Positions 27,010-37,228 of a stretch of 64,000 nucleotides of DNA are shown piece after piece (the stretch's first letter is position 1; every line of letters starts with the position of its first letter). Source of the stretch: Cyanobacteria bacterium J06634_5. GTDB lineage: Bacteria; Cyanobacteriota; Cyanobacteriia; Phormidesmidales; Phormidesmidaceae. Both the position numbers and the translations under genes were made by a program. The notes under the pieces are model-generated. The model saw only the letters and a list, made by a program, of their open reading frames with translations. It did not search any database and had not been told where the DNA came from. The DNA lies in NCBI GenBank assembly GCA_039820525.1, contig JBCBPY010000005.1, positions 89,764-153,763 of the forward strand, written 5' to 3'.

Positions 27010-28170
27010 TTAAGGCGTCTGCTCAGCGGCAGGCAAGCGGTGGTCTACCGGTGTCAGGCTAGCACCAGCCGTCGTTGACACCATGGTTGCAACCGTCGTT
27101 GACACCATCGCAGCCATCACCTGCTCTGGCTGTACGGCAAAGGGTAGATGGTGAATATCTGAGCCGGGACGGCAGGCAACGGTTGCGGCCTGCTGTATTT
27201 GCTGGAGCGTCAGCTTTTCCATGGTCAAGTCAGCCAAGGACTTCGGCAAGCCCAGCTGCGCGTAAAACTGTAGGAGCTGCCCTCTGGCAGTTGCTGCCAG
27301 CGTTTTACGCGCGCCTAGCATTTCTTCTAAGCGCAGCTGTACCAAAATACCGTAGGCCACTTTTTCACCATGCAAGGTGCCTTTGGCCGCCACATGGGTG
27401 AGGCCATTATGCACCGCGTGGGCCGCGACCGTACGGCACTGCGCGCCACCCATGCCGCCAATCACACCGGCCATCAGAACAGCCGCATCGACCACTTCTT
27501 TCCAGTCATCACTGCCTGGCGCTGCCAAGGCAGCTGCTGATTTTTGAAACAAAATATCGCGCAGCACACGAGCCTGCTGTACCGCACCAATTACTAACGT
27601 ATGGGGCGAGTGGCCACTGCTTACAGAAGCTTCGTACCATTTGGCGATCGCATCTCCAATGCCCGCAACTAGCATGCGTTTAGGCGCGGTCGCCACCAAA
27701 TCGTAATCCAACACAATAATCTCTGGGCAGCGTACCAGCCCAACATCGTATAAAAAAGCACCTCGGTCGGAATAGACATTCGAAAGCGCCGTCCATCCAG
27801 CACAGGTGGCTGCGGAGGTGGGAATTGTCGCAATGGGAAGCTGCTTTTTATGGGCTAAGAGTTTTGCTGTATCTAGGGCTTTACCACCGCCAATACCCAC
27901 CACAAAATCCGCACCATGCGCCGCTGCGGCAGCCTGAAGCTCAGCCAGTGTCGCTTCGCTACAGTCGGCCACTTTGGCAACCGCTGGCGTGAGGGCCTCT
28001 AGGGGTTTTTCAAGGAAGGGCATAGCAGCCGCGATCGCGCGATCGCCACCTACTAACAAAGGCCGCTGCCCCAGCCGACTCAACAGAGCCCCTGACTCAG
28101 CGAGCACTCCAGTGCCACGAACAACCTGAGCAGGTGCAATATTCAACGTGGGAAAAGTTGATATGGCCAT
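27010..28170 (-). CDS. Iron-containing alcohol dehydrogenase family protein (glycerol dehydrogenase-like)
   Basis: 386 aa. GGGKALDTAKLLA and IPTSAATCAGWTALSNVY are typical of GldA-like Fe-ADH proteins. The C-terminal tail carries a 24-bp duplication (MVSTTVATMVSTT). Confidence 0.8.
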   Translation of the reverse strand: MAISTFPTLNIAPAQVVRGTGVLAESGALLSRLGQRPLLVGGDRAIAAAMPFLEKPLEALTPAVAKVADCSEATLAELQAAAAAHGADFVVGIGGGKALDTAKLLAHKKQLPIATIPTSAATCAGWTALSNVYSDRGAFLYDVGLVRCPEIIVLDYDLVATAPKRMLVAGIGDAIAKWYEASVSSGHSPHTLVIGAVQQARVLRDILFQKSAAALAAPGSDDWKEVVDAAVLMAGVIGGMGGAQCRTVAAHAVHNGLTHVAAKGTLHGEKVAYGILVQLRLEEMLGARKTLAATARGQLLQFYAQLGLPKSLADLTMEKLTLQQIQQAATVACRPGSDIHHLPFAVQPEQVMAAMVSTTVATMVSTTAGASLTPVDHRLPAAEQTP

Positions 28171-28388
28171 AGAACTACCTCCTGAACAACGCCCTACCTA
28201 AAATAAATATCCTGCTGAGAAATGCCTATTTACAAGACGTTAACGTCGGTACCAGAGGGTCGCAACATCATGGCCGACGAGATCTCTGAAATAGCCTATT
28301 GCTGAAATTCTATTGCTAAAATCTCTTCTATTTTTAAAATCTCTCCCGCGTTACGCCACCGCGCTACCCACCGCGTTGCATGACGCTA

Positions 28389-28910
28389 TTATGACGCAGC
28401 CCGATTTATCTTTGCTAGCTTCTCGGGATAGATCTCTACTTGGGGCGTCCTTTCTGCTGCCGTTTTGCCCGTACCTGGCGTTACCTTCCCGACATATACC
28501 AGCTCAGAGGTGCCTGACTGATGCACAATCCCTCTGGCCCGAATAGACGGTGTGGTTTGCCCCGCGCCACCAATTCGACTGGGCTTAAGCAAATTGCTGG
28601 CCGCTTGCTGCAACGTAGCTTCGAGCTCAGACGTTGTGATCGCATTGGGAACAGCAATGACAATTTGGGAGGCCCCTGAGTCAAAAACAGTGCTGTAAGG
28701 AATCGCACCGGGGATACTCGTTTGGGTCAGCGGTTGAAAGCTCAGGCCAAACAAACCGGCAGTGAGGACACCCATAAAGCCGGTCGCACCCACGAGTCGA
28801 AAGCGGAGGCCCCACTTGAGGACAAACGCCAGCACTGTGAGCCCGCCAAAGGCCAGCGTACCCACCGCAAACCAGCCGGTAGCTTGCAAGAACTGTTCGG
28901 GAGTGAGCAT
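28389..28910 (-). CDS. Ycf51-like (DUF2518) membrane protein
   Basis: Start chosen at MLTPEQFLQATGWFAVGTLAFGGLTVLAFVLKWGLRFRLVGATGFMGVLT..., which resembles Ycf51 family N-termini. The track ORF extends to 28946. Confidence 0.5.
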   Translation of the reverse strand: MLTPEQFLQATGWFAVGTLAFGGLTVLAFVLKWGLRFRLVGATGFMGVLTAGLFGLSFQPLTQTSIPGAIPYSTVFDSGASQIVIAVPNAITTSELEATLQQAASNLLKPSRIGGAGQTTPSIRARGIVHQSGTSELVYVGKVTPGTGKTAAERTPQVEIYPEKLAKINRAAS

Positions 28911-29146
28911 AAAAGGCCCTTTACTAAATGCCGTTGACGCCATCAATTATAGGGTTTTGTTCGACATACAGCATGGCGGCCCACACTATTCGACACGGCA
29001 GTGTTCAACACACAGCATTCGGCAGCCGTAACGGGATAACTAAGCATAGTCCGCCAATAGGCTGCGTGGTGTGGATGGGTCTGACCAATGAAACATCACG
29101 CCATTGGGGACTTCTCCTACGTATTTGCCTTTTCTAGCTGCCCGTT

Positions 29147-30547
29147 ATGTTTCAACGCTTTCTTCGTAGGCCATGGCGGCTGCTGTTTGCGATCGCGCTC
29201 CTTCTCACGCTGCTCAGCAGCTGGCGGCGACTCACCGCAGCGTCCCCTGCCCTTCAGCCAACGCAGGCAAGTCTGCCTCAAGATCCGTGGGTGCAGGTCT
29301 TTTTCAACCAGTCGGAAGCCAGCGTTTACCGCGACCCCTATCGCCATATCGAGCGTCACGGCGATGATCTTGAACAGGTGGTGATAACAGCCATCGATAC
29401 CGCCACGACCTCAGTCGATGTGGCGGTGCAGGCTCTGAATTTGCCGCGAGTCGCACAAGCGTTGATCAGGCGACATCAGCAAGGCGTGCGCGTGCGCCTT
29501 ATTTTAGAAAATCAGTATGCTAACCCGACCTCAGCCAAAGCCAAGGCTGAGCAAACTGCTGATTGGATGGCGATCGCAGATGTGGATCAAAACGGCAATC
29601 TCACCGCTGTCGAAATCGAACAGGCCGATGCCCTTGGCTTGCTTCGCCGCGCCAGTATCCCCAGAATTGACGATACTGCCGATGGCTCTAAGGGCAGCGG
29701 CTTGATGCACCACAAATTTGTGATTATCGACAGTCGGTGGGTGCTCACCGGCTCTGCCAACTTTACGCTCTCAGGGATTCATGGCGATAGCAAAACGCCC
29801 AGCAGCCGAGGCAATGCCAACATGCTGCTCAAAATTGACAGCCCTGCGTTAGCCAAAACCTTCACCCAAGAATTTCAAAAGATGTGGGGAGATGGCCCCG
29901 CCGGCGCAGCTGATAGCCAATTTGGCCTAAAAAAGCGAGCACACGTTGCCCAGCAAATCGAACTCCCCACCAGCACAATCACCGTTCAGTTCTCTCCCCA
30001 TTCATCCAAACACCCCTGGGCACAAAGCGTTAATGGCCTGATTCGCAAAACCCTGGCACAATCAACCCGCTCAATTGATATGGCGCTCTTTGTTTTTTCT
30101 GAGCAGCGTCTTGCCAATCAGCTAGAGAAACAGGCCCAGGCAGGTACCCTTGTACGCGCCCTCATTGACCCCAGCTTTGCCTACCGCAGCTATAGTGAAG
30201 CCTTGGATATGCTGGGAGTCACTATTTTGGACCAGCGCTGCCGAATAGAAGCAGAAAACCGCCCTTGGGACACACCGATTCAAACCGTTGGCTATCCCCA
30301 ACTGCCCCTCGGAGATAAGCTCCACCATAAGTTTGCGGTAGTTGACGGTGTCACCGTAATTGTAGGGTCTCAAAATTGGAGTCATGCCGCTAACACAAAC
30401 AACGATGAAACCTTGCTAGTGTTTCAAAACCCAACCGTGGCCGCTCACTTCACCCGAGAGTTTAACCGGCTGTATCACTCACCCAAGCTTGGAAACACAT
30501 CCTCATTACAGCGAAAAATTCAGGATAGTCAGCAGCGTTGCCTCTAA
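29147..30547 (+). CDS. Phospholipase D-superfamily protein with two HKD motifs, N-terminal signal/anchor and one EF-hand-like loop
   Basis: HHKFVIIDSRWVLTGSANFT and HHKFAVVDGVTVIVGSQNWS. Hydrophobic N-terminus LLFAIALLLTLL. DVDQNGNLTAVE fits the 12-residue EF-hand loop. Confidence 0.85.
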   Translation: MFQRFLRRPWRLLFAIALLLTLLSSWRRLTAASPALQPTQASLPQDPWVQVFFNQSEASVYRDPYRHIERHGDDLEQVVITAIDTATTSVDVAVQALNLPRVAQALIRRHQQGVRVRLILENQYANPTSAKAKAEQTADWMAIADVDQNGNLTAVEIEQADALGLLRRASIPRIDDTADGSKGSGLMHHKFVIIDSRWVLTGSANFTLSGIHGDSKTPSSRGNANMLLKIDSPALAKTFTQEFQKMWGDGPAGAADSQFGLKKRAHVAQQIELPTSTITVQFSPHSSKHPWAQSVNGLIRKTLAQSTRSIDMALFVFSEQRLANQLEKQAQAGTLVRALIDPSFAYRSYSEALDMLGVTILDQRCRIEAENRPWDTPIQTVGYPQLPLGDKLHHKFAVVDGVTVIVGSQNWSHAANTNNDETLLVFQNPTVAAHFTREFNRLYHSPKLGNTSSLQRKIQDSQQRCL

Positions 30548-31025
30548 GTCCGCTATTAATCCCTAAAAACAGTATATTAAATCCGATTTAAAGGAAATAT
30601 CAAATCCTAACAGCTCTTTTCGAAAGATGTTCCCTAAAACAGAAATTACTCTTACTAGCTTCATATTGAGTGATTTAGCAGGAAAAATTGATTCCGGAAA
30701 GATTTGTTCAAGCTTTAATGAATTTACGATTGACCTCCCTAAGGGTCAAACCCCCCACGGGGTAGTACTTACCTGTGGTGAAACAACATTTGGGGAACAA
30801 CAAAACACCCATAGGTATCTTTAGAGTATGTGGGGAGTGACCTGACGACTAGGATGTTGTGATCTGACCACCGTCGCCTGATGGGGTTCAGCCACAAGAC
30901 TCTTTCATCCTTAATGAAGATCGTGTAAGACTTTATACTATGTTTGTGAAATAGGTGAACTAGCCTAGTTGAATGTACGTAAGGCGGTGAACGAGTTTTC
31001 TCTGAAGGAAAAGTAGTCAACAAAG

Positions 31026-31069
31026 AGACCTATCAAGGTCTTACTAACAATAAGACCTTGATAGGGTCT
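31026..31069. repeat. Long imperfect palindrome (18-bp arms)
   Basis: agacctatcaaggtctta - ctaacaa - taagaccttgatagggtct, with one extra g in the right arm. Lies in the AT-rich gap upstream of the glycosyltransferase. Confidence 0.8.
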
Positions 31070-31326
31070 TAGATAATGTCCTGTATAGGGACCTTTCTTT
31101 GAAAATCACTCGCAGATAGCTGGCTCTCACCTCCTCACTATTTGGCTTCTAGCCTTCTAGGGCCGCTTGGGTTAAGGCCGATTAGATCAAGGCCGCTCAG
31201 CTCAAATCACAATCACTAGAATCGTTTTTCAACGCTCTACTTTTTAAAAAGTGTCCGCTTTTCTCGGTGCTGTTATCTGCGCTTTTTGTTAACTCCTAAC
31301 CGTGCTTACACAAGCATATAAAATTC

Positions 31327-32565
31327 GTGAACAAATTATCGATCCTAGGCTGTCGGGGTATTCCAGGAAGTCATGGTGGCTTCGAAACCTTTGCAGAAAG
31401 GCTATCTCACTATTTGGTCAAGAAAGGCTGGGAGGTCACCGTTTACTGCGAGGACTACGAGGCAAAGGAAACGTATGAACAATATTGGAATGGTATTCGA
31501 TTAATTCAGATACCTGTGCCTACCGCTAGCGCATCAGCCACCATCCTGTTTGACTGGAAATCCACGATTCATGCTGCCAAAGAAGGAAACATAATCCTCA
31601 CGCTGGGTTACAACACCGCGATTTTCTGCGCCCTGTACCGACTAAGGGGCCTCACTAACGTCATTAACATGGACGGTTTAGAGTGGCGTCGTCAGAAGTG
31701 GAGTACGCCTGAGAAAATTTGGCTTTATGTTAACGAGCGATTTGGCTGCTGGTTGGGCAATCACTTAGTGGCCGATCATCCAGAAATTGCGAATCATTTA
31801 GCCACCCGAGTCTCCCGCAGCAAAATAACAACCATTCCCTATGGAGCCCAGCGGGTAGGGAGAGCCAACGTAAGTTTGCTGGCACCCTATGATCTGGAGC
31901 CAGGCAACTATTCTGTTATCATCGCCAGACCTGAGCCTGAAAACAACATTCTCGAAATTGTCTCGGCCTTTTCCCGCCACCGCAGAGGGTCCAAGCTGGT
32001 CGTGCTGGGCAATTACTATCCTCAAAAAAATAGCTTCCACAAGCAGGTTCTTCAAGCGGCTAGTGACGAAGTAATTTTTCCGGGTGGCATTTACGACCAG
32101 GCAACAGTAGGAGCGCTAAGGTATTACGCAAGCCTTTATGTGCACGGACATTCTGTTGGGGGGACAAATCCTTCATTGGTTGAAGCCATGGGTGCAGGGG
32201 CCTCTGTGCTGGCTCACAGCAATCATTTCAACCGGTGGGTGGCAGGTCCTGGCGCGCATTACTTCAAAGATGCTGATGAGTGTGCACAAGGATTTGATGA
32301 GTTGCTGGGCAACCGCAGTGAGCTGCGCCGCATGAAACAGGCAAGCCTCAAGCGGTTTGAGGAAGGCTTTTTGGCTGAAATCGAGTGTCACGCCTATGAA
32401 GATTTGCTAGAGCGTGCTTTAAATGGCGAGTTTGCAAAAGCAAAAGCTAGGCGATCGCAGACCCAAAAGGTCTATCCATCCGTCACATCAGCCAACACGC
32501 TGCCTACGGGCAATCGTCAGCCTAGCCACAAGGCCGAAAATGCCATCTCGTCAATCAAGCGATAA
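31327..32565 (+). CDS. GT4-family glycosyltransferase with DUF1972-type N-terminus
   Basis: 412 aa. N-terminus LSILGCRGIPGSHGGFETFAERLSHYLVKKGWEVTVYCE, plus a C-terminal GT1/GT4 E-x7-E region (GGTNPSLVEAMGAGASVLA). Confidence 0.8.
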   Translation: MNKLSILGCRGIPGSHGGFETFAERLSHYLVKKGWEVTVYCEDYEAKETYEQYWNGIRLIQIPVPTASASATILFDWKSTIHAAKEGNIILTLGYNTAIFCALYRLRGLTNVINMDGLEWRRQKWSTPEKIWLYVNERFGCWLGNHLVADHPEIANHLATRVSRSKITTIPYGAQRVGRANVSLLAPYDLEPGNYSVIIARPEPENNILEIVSAFSRHRRGSKLVVLGNYYPQKNSFHKQVLQAASDEVIFPGGIYDQATVGALRYYASLYVHGHSVGGTNPSLVEAMGAGASVLAHSNHFNRWVAGPGAHYFKDADECAQGFDELLGNRSELRRMKQASLKRFEEGFLAEIECHAYEDLLERALNGEFAKAKARRSQTQKVYPSVTSANTLPTGNRQPSHKAENAISSIKR

Positions 32566-32624
32566 GACTGAAGCGACGACGCTAAGACGAGAAGCATAAC
32601 CACTAGAGAACCATAACAACTAAC

Positions 32625-32661
32625 AGAGTGGGACAATGCGCATCGTCTCACTCTATTTTTT
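32625..32661 (+). terminator. Probable intrinsic terminator after the glycosyltransferase gene
   Basis: Stem agagtgggac / gtctcactct (one mismatch) followed by attttttag. Confidence 0.55.
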
Positions 32662-32758
32662 AGCCATCACTTTTTTTGCCATCACTGTTGTTAGTGCATA
32701 GGGCTCTTTTCTGCACATTAGCTCTTTTATTCATATGAATGGAAAATAAATAGAACCC

Positions 32759-34099
32759 CTACGGTTCAACCGTGGGCGGCTTCAGCGCCAGCCCCAAAAT
32801 GGTCGCATCTACCCCCAGCTTTTGCCTGACCGCGACTAAGCAAACAAACGCCCCTATGGTTGTCCCAAGAGAGGTCGCCAGTGCGGCCCCTTCTACCCCC
32901 CACCGAGGAATCAAAATCGCATTGAGAACAACATTGAGTCCAATGGCTAGCCAGCCGACAATAGCGGTATAGCGCTCAAAGCCAGTCATGTTGAGGATGA
33001 CATAGGACAAGCTCATCGTAGTGGACATAAAGCCACCGACGCAAAAGATATAGAGTGCCGTTTGCCCCTGTACAAACTCCGGTCCAAAGAGCGACAAGTA
33101 GCCCTGGCTAAGTAAGCTGAGGCTCCCTGCAAATAAAAAAGCAACCACTGCAACAACCCTAACGCCCTTGGTGACCATTCTTTGCAAGTCACCCAGACGA
33201 TTGTCCGAGTAAGCGCTGGCAATCGTGGGTGCAAGGCTGCTACCGACGGCCATCAAAATAAAGGTAATCAGCTGAGCACCGCGATTTACAGGCACGTAGA
33301 GACCAACGGCATCAGTGCCTTGGTAAGCGCCCAGCATCAGCACATCTAGCCGTGAGTTTAGGATGGGGATGCTTTCTATCAGCATGAAGGGCAGCGCTCC
33401 ACTAATCCAGGCTCTGCCTTTGAAAACGGCGGGTACCTGAGTGACCTTTTCAGGGAGCGATCGCGCTAAAAACTGACTGACCAAGGCCAAGGTTGCGAGG
33501 CTCCCCAAGCCGTAAAACACCACCACCCAAAGGGACGTGAGTGACTCTTTTAAGACAGCGTAAGCTGCCAGGGTCAGCACAATCAAAATCAGTGGGTCAA
33601 TCAGCAGCTCAGGCAGCATTCCTTTGGCAATTTTGTGGAGCCCTTTCATCGCGCCGCGTCTGACGTTACGCAAAGAGATCACGGGCATCAGTGCCATCGC
33701 TAAGCAAAAGCCCACGAACACTTCTGACTGAGCGCCCCCATCAAGCAAAAAGGCCACCAAAATTGCGATCGCAGCCAGCGCACTTGAGGAAACGAGCACC
33801 ACCTTGTTCGCCCAACTCAGCAGCCCCCGCATTAGCCCCCAGAGAGATTGGGTCTGGTAAACAGCAATTTCTCTTACCAAGAAATTGTCAAAGCCCATCG
33901 TGGCTGGCACGCTGAGCAAATACGCCCAAACCACAGCGTAGGTATATGCGCCAAATCCCGAGGTGCCTAAAACACGAGCCAATAAAACGCTGGTGAGAAA
34001 GGTGAGCGCTGAGTAGGCCAGCCGCAAGCCAAAGACCCCAGCGATTCTGCCCAGGATTTTATTTTTCATACTGTGTTGGATAGTTGCACAAAAGTCCAC
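32759..34099 (-). CDS. Wzx-like polysaccharide flippase (MOP superfamily), copy 1
   Basis: 446 aa with 12 or more predicted TM segments. The polysaccharide-biosynthesis-protein pattern is ...LLARVLGTSGFGAYTYAVVWAYLLSVPATMGFDNFLVREIA. Paralogue of 43386-44735. Confidence 0.75.
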   Translation of the reverse strand: MDFCATIQHSMKNKILGRIAGVFGLRLAYSALTFLTSVLLARVLGTSGFGAYTYAVVWAYLLSVPATMGFDNFLVREIAVYQTQSLWGLMRGLLSWANKVVLVSSSALAAIAILVAFLLDGGAQSEVFVGFCLAMALMPVISLRNVRRGAMKGLHKIAKGMLPELLIDPLILIVLTLAAYAVLKESLTSLWVVVFYGLGSLATLALVSQFLARSLPEKVTQVPAVFKGRAWISGALPFMLIESIPILNSRLDVLMLGAYQGTDAVGLYVPVNRGAQLITFILMAVGSSLAPTIASAYSDNRLGDLQRMVTKGVRVVAVVAFLFAGSLSLLSQGYLSLFGPEFVQGQTALYIFCVGGFMSTTMSLSYVILNMTGFERYTAIVGWLAIGLNVVLNAILIPRWGVEGAALATSLGTTIGAFVCLVAVRQKLGVDATILGLALKPPTVEP

Positions 34100-34307
34100 A
34101 CCAGAAGATGTGAGACTTGTATTCTATGCAAATCTACGATCTGCATAGAAAATTCTCTAGTAGAAGATATCTCTTCTTCAAGAAACCATTTGAGTTCTTT
34201 GAAGGTGGATTTTTTAAAGAACAGCGATTAAAAATGCTGTTGCAAAGAACAAAGACCGCAAAAACAGCATCAGAAAACCGCCACGGGCCTAACACTGAGA
34301 GCGTAGC

Positions 34308-35756
34308 TTAAGTTCTAAAGGGAAAATCAGCGGTTTCAAACTCATCTTCAGGGGCTCTGGTATTCACCCATAGCAACAGTAGGCCCGTAGTCACTAAAAA
34401 TGAGCCCGCCAGCGCACCGACAATCGCCATCGTTGGGCTAGGCGAAATGTACTTATCATCCTCAGGAAGCGTTGGCTCAGTCGCTAGCTGAATAGGCGGA
34501 TAGATGGAATAAATGTCGTTCTCGTTGAGATTTAGCTTCGTCACAGAAGAGGCAAACAGCGCTTCAGCCGTTTGCAAATCTCGCCTGAGCCGATCGATTT
34601 TGACTTTTTCCTGTGATAGGCGTGAAAGACGGTTTTCGAGTCCAGCCATTTGGTTAGCAAGCTCTTCAGTTTGCGACTGTAGTCCGACTTGATCTGCTCG
34701 GTTGGCCACCGCTGATTGAAATAGCTCACCCCGTGAAGCTTCGACACGGGGGTCTAGCCCAACCGGAGCCAACTGGGTCAGCACAGACTGATCAACCGGA
34801 CGACCTAGCAAGAAAGACCCTCTGCTTTCTACTGCCGCTTCTAAACCTTCAAGCTCTGCTCGCTTGGCCACGACTTGAGGATGCCGATCGCCTAGCTGAG
34901 CAGAAATATCCGCGTAGGCAGCCGCAACCGTGCCGTACTCTTGAAACTGGCTTTGATACACCGGATCGCCCTGCAAGCGATAGGCATCAGCAGCACCCGC
35001 AGAAGATTCGTTGATATCTTCTGAGAGCTGAGCCACGCGGCTCCGCAGACCCTTTTCTCGCGCTACGGACTGCGCATATTCTCGGCGCAGTTGTTCAATG
35101 CCGACTGCCAAATCTTCTATCTGTGATTCGGAGCTGAGCCCAGAAGTTGCCTGATAGGCAGATAGAGCGCTTTGAGCGGTTTCTACTTGAGCTTTAGCCG
35201 TTTCCAAACTCTCTTTGGTATCTCGATCTCGACGAACTAGCTCGGCTTTTCGCAGCTGCGCAATTCTTCTATCGAGCACAATATACAGCGCCCTAGCTTT
35301 CTTTTGAGCCAGCTCAGGGGTTTCACCTTCAATCACAAACTCAATAATGGAGCTTTGCGAATTGGTCGTAATGGTCGGCTCGCCAAAATCTTCTACCGCA
35401 ACCCCCACTTGGTCAGCGGCTTCCTTAATCAGATCAGAACTTTGAACTAGAAAAACATAGTCGGAGCGAGGATCTTCGGCGGTCAACTTTTTGTCATTGC
35501 CTGAGACTGCTGACGCTCGCCAGCCATCGGGCAACGCCACATCAACATCTCGAGCGGTGCTGAGTACCTTAATGCCCCACTCACTTTTATAGTCTTTAGG
35601 GGCAAAGCTTAGGTATGCGATCGCGCCTCCCCAAATAATCGTATTGGCCAATAGACCAAGCCCAAGATAGCCCAGCTTTGCCGCTGCAGAGTTACCGTTG
35701 CGACGACCGACCAGCGACCGACCGGAGGGATATTGAGGAAGAGAAGAATCAGACAT
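34308..35756 (-). CDS. Polysaccharide co-polymerase (Wzz/GumC/KpsE-like), no kinase domain
   Basis: 482 aa. One TM segment near each end encloses a long coiled-coil periplasmic region. No Walker A/B kinase module is present. Confidence 0.65.
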   Translation of the reverse strand: MSDSSLPQYPSGRSLVGRRNGNSAAAKLGYLGLGLLANTIIWGGAIAYLSFAPKDYKSEWGIKVLSTARDVDVALPDGWRASAVSGNDKKLTAEDPRSDYVFLVQSSDLIKEAADQVGVAVEDFGEPTITTNSQSSIIEFVIEGETPELAQKKARALYIVLDRRIAQLRKAELVRRDRDTKESLETAKAQVETAQSALSAYQATSGLSSESQIEDLAVGIEQLRREYAQSVAREKGLRSRVAQLSEDINESSAGAADAYRLQGDPVYQSQFQEYGTVAAAYADISAQLGDRHPQVVAKRAELEGLEAAVESRGSFLLGRPVDQSVLTQLAPVGLDPRVEASRGELFQSAVANRADQVGLQSQTEELANQMAGLENRLSRLSQEKVKIDRLRRDLQTAEALFASSVTKLNLNENDIYSIYPPIQLATEPTLPEDDKYISPSPTMAIVGALAGSFLVTTGLLLLWVNTRAPEDEFETADFPFRT

Positions 35757-35917
35757 GGGTAGATCTAATAAGTGTCTTTATTGACGGACAAGGATCAACA
35801 AATGAAAACAGAATTCTAAAAACAAGGAGACAGAAAACGATAGATGCGCGCCGATGTTTAAGGCTGTTGGTTTAAGGCTATGGATTTAAGGCTATGGGAA
35901 ACAAAAAGAATCAACCA

Positions 35918-37228
35918 CTACCGAAAGATATCGATGAGCAGGTTAAGCGGGTTGAGAAAGTTAGAAACCGTGCCTAAGACGCCACGAACGTTCGCATTGC
36001 GAGAGTCGTAGCAGGCGATCGCATCTTCCGGCATCAAAAACGGATTAGACTCAGCAGACTTCGTCTGATCGCTCACCAACTCCGTCACACTGTATTCCGA
36101 AGTTGTCAGCGACCCGCTGGCAGCATCAGTTTGAATCAGCAGAGCCCTGCGGTTTGCATTGGTCGACGGCGTCCCCCCCACACACTGAGCGGCAACCAAT
36201 GCCTGAGCCAGGTTAGTACCGTACTTAAAGCTGGCAGAGTTAATGCCGCTCTCACTTTCTACATTGTTACTGCTGCCTTCTGTCACGTTAGAGACGTACA
36301 GCTCTACGCTATCTGGTGTAATTTGCGAAGGCCGCACCAGCACCTCCTGAAACTCACCGGCATCTGGAATAATCACCTGATCACCCGATATCAAGGGGAA
36401 GTCTGTCACCGATGACCCGGTAAAAATACCCGAAAGATCTACCACCTGCGATTGGGTACCGCGAAGGACCTGCACCCGGGTAATATCTGCGGTGGGTCGA
36501 ACACCACCAATCGCTTTCAGGGCCGCTGTTAAATAGCGCTCTAACGGATAGTCGCCCGGCAGCGCAGTCGATTCTTCAAGTGTCGCTGGGGAATCTTCTG
36601 CACTCGAGAGCAAAACGCGACCTGGCTCAAACACCTGTCCGGTAATGGCCACCTGAATCGGCGAATAGTCCAGCACTTGGACGCTCACATTTAGGAGCTC
36701 AGGCCGAAAAAATCCTTTTTGAAGCAATGTATTACGCAGACGGTCTTTGACCTGCGGAGGGGTCAAACCCACAACTGGCAATGCTTCTAAGAGCGGAACT
36801 TCTAAGTCACCGCTAAAGTTAACCACGTACTCGCCGCTAAACTCTTCGCCGCCAACACCTGGAATTTGAATCTTAAGGCGATCACCCGGAGACAAAGGTA
36901 GACTTTGTCGATCAATCGTAGGCAACACGCTATCGCGTTCCGCAACCGGTGGAGATAGCCGTTGAACTAACGGACTCTGAACAGCCGGACTCTGAACAAT
37001 GGGTTGAGAGGGCGCATCAGGCTGGATAGTTCTACGCTCAGAACCCGAAGACAAAACTGTCGCACGCTCCATAGGTGCATCTGTAGATGTACCTGTGGAG
37101 GCATCTGTAGAAAGATCGGGCAGCTGATTAGCAAAGGCATGGCCCGTTAGCATCCCAGAAACAGGGACAATGCCTAACACTAAGGCCCATCTCCAAAAGG
37201 ACCTTTTCGATGAGTGTGATAAATGCAT
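35918..37228 (-). CDS. Outer-membrane polysaccharide export protein (Wza-like, Poly_export plus SLBB)
   Basis: 436 aa with a signal peptide. PGDRLKIQIPG...GEYVVNFSGDLEVPLLEALPVVGLTPPQV (Poly_export) and ISGDQVIIPD (SLBB-like). Confidence 0.75.
   Translation of the reverse strand: MHLSHSSKRSFWRWALVLGIVPVSGMLTGHAFANQLPDLSTDASTGTSTDAPMERATVLSSGSERRTIQPDAPSQPIVQSPAVQSPLVQRLSPPVAERDSVLPTIDRQSLPLSPGDRLKIQIPGVGGEEFSGEYVVNFSGDLEVPLLEALPVVGLTPPQVKDRLRNTLLQKGFFRPELLNVSVQVLDYSPIQVAITGQVFEPGRVLLSSAEDSPATLEESTALPGDYPLERYLTAALKAIGGVRPTADITRVQVLRGTQSQVVDLSGIFTGSSVTDFPLISGDQVIIPDAGEFQEVLVRPSQITPDSVELYVSNVTEGSSNNVESESGINSASFKYGTNLAQALVAAQCVGGTPSTNANRRALLIQTDAASGSLTTSEYSVTELVSDQTKSAESNPFLMPEDAIACYDSRNANVRGVLGTVSNFLNPLNLLIDIFR

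Noticed and set aside
26765-27013. 82-aa ORF translating the 15-bp array as HCFQRHSFQRYSFQRHGPQRH.
   Set aside because: The reading frame is kept open only by the 15-bp periodicity. It has no start context or motif and overlaps the 3' end of the Fe-ADH gene.
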